From: Candidatus Saccharimonadota bacterium
GTDB lineage: Bacteria; Patescibacteriota; Saccharimonadia; Saccharimonadales; Saccharimonadaceae
Reading direction: 5' to 3'
NCBI GenBank assembly: GCA_023898645.1
Contig: CP060232.1
Coordinates: 540,001-572,000 of the forward strand
DNA length: 32,000 bases
Of this stretch, positions 31,310 through 32,000 are shown one piece after another. Below the pieces are notes generated by a model that ran no database searches, was not told where the DNA came from, and saw nothing but the letters and a program-made list of their open reading frames with translations. Position 1 is the stretch's first letter. The number at the start of each line of letters is the position of its first letter. The position numbers and the translations under genes were made by a program.

Positions 31310-31375
31310 TAAAAATTGTTAAGCAATGCTTAGAATATGCCCTCAATTATTAATACTCCAACAGATAAAAGACTC

Positions 31376-31404
31376 TTGACCCACCTCTATTTTTGTGCTA
31401 TATT
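31376..31404 (+). promoter_or_regulatory. Strong promoter upstream of rplC: TTGACC, 17 nt spacer, extended -10 TGcTATATT
   Basis: TTGACC is at 31376-31381, TG at 31396-31397 and TATATT at 31399-31404. Confidence 0.6.
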
Positions 31405-31519
31405 GAATCGGTAACTTATTACGTAATAAAAACTCGCTTCCGCGTGAATGAGCAAGTCTAAAGGGTAAAACCGACAGATACTACTCGCCACCGGAGGTTT
31501 TAAATGGGAGCAAAGCGCT

Positions 31520-32000
31520 ATGAAAGCACTTCTCGGTACCAAAATTGGTATGACCCAAATCATCAGCAAAGATGGTGTTGCTACTCCAGTAACATTGATT
31601 CAAGCTGGCCCTGTGACTGTGACTCAGGTCAAGTCTGTCGAAACCGACGGCTACAACGCAGTTCAAGTGGCATATGGTGAGGGTAAGAACCTGAGCAAGG
31701 CCGTTGCTGGACACACCAAACCAGCTCAAGTGACCCCGAAGACAATTCGGGAATTTCGCGTTGAAGACCTACCCGAAGATCTGAAAGTCGGTGATGCTAT
31801 CGATGTCAGCCAGTTTGCACTAGGCGACGTCGTAGACGCAACCGGAATCAGCAAGGGCAAAGGCTTCGCCGGAACGGTCAAGCGACACAACTTTAACACC
31901 AGTAAAAAAACGCACGGCGGCAACGGTAACGTGCGTAAACCTGGTTCGATCGGGTCTATGTACCCACAAAAGGTCTTTAAGGGCAAACGTATGGCTGGCC
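31520..32000 (+). CDS. rplC: 50S ribosomal protein L3, N-terminal ~160 aa; the 3' end lies outside the window
   Basis: Translation from the ATG at 31520 gives MKALLGTKIGMTQIISKDGVATPVTLIQAGPVTVTQVK...GKGFAGTVKRHNF...HG. GGGAG lies 9 nt upstream. The frame stays open to the window edge. Confidence 0.93.
   Translation, partial: MKALLGTKIGMTQIISKDGVATPVTLIQAGPVTVTQVKSVETDGYNAVQVAYGEGKNLSKAVAGHTKPAQVTPKTIREFRVEDLPEDLKVGDAIDVSQFALGDVVDATGISKGKGFAGTVKRHNFNTSKKTHGGNGNVRKPGSIGSMYPQKVFKGKRMAG

Noticed and set aside
31387-31986. Three minus-strand ORFs (31387..31569, 31481..31729, 31726..31986).
   Set aside because: They are antisense to the clearly recognisable rplC coding sequence and its promoter/leader.
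1-32000. A search for tRNA, rRNA, CRISPR arrays, transposases or integrases, and prophage genes.
   Set aside because: I found none of the following in any intergenic region or ORF translation:
- T-arm-like GGTTCGA(A/T)TCC outside coding sequence.
- Regularly spaced direct repeats.
- DDE, tyrosine-recombinase or serine-recombinase-like ORFs.

Overview
The window carries a conserved transcription/translation backbone on the + strand: hisS (5'-truncated), tig, clpP, rpoB, rpoC, rpsL, rpsG, fusA, tuf, rpsJ and rplC (3'-truncated). The genome looks compact with moderate GC. Strong AGGAGG ribosome-binding sites, many extended -10 promoters and numerous small orphan secreted or membrane proteins suggest a small-genome Gram-positive-like or CPR/Saccharibacteria-like bacterium. 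That placement is inference only.

The backbone is interrupted five times by accessory cassettes, each with its own promoters and terminators. I recognised no integrase, transposase, tRNA, rRNA or CRISPR array.

Items most worth a second look:
1. A ~445 nt non-coding element between rpsJ and rplC (28874-29317). It is closed by long imperfect inverted arms and contains five internal hairpins. It is either a candidate large structured RNA or a MITE-like element.
2. A cell-surface locus between rpoC and rpsL. A 924 aa secreted RCC1-repeat/CBM-like mosaic protein is bracketed by two paralogous membrane-anchored Cys-containing proteins.
3. An EF-G with canonical phosphate-binding motifs but altered guanine-recognition motifs: G4 is NKIN instead of NKxD, and G5 is GDG instead of SAx.
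4. Two tandem paralogous small secreted Cys-rich peptides with polyproline tails, one with a run of 12 Pro.
5. A recurrent leaderless-type promoter/ATG architecture at six genes, alongside genes that use strong SD sites.
6. Three monocistronic orphan small genes between tuf and rpsJ, and a stand-alone rpsJ unit with a possible ~250 nt leader.

All calls come from reading the sequence and ORF translations by eye. No database search was run.
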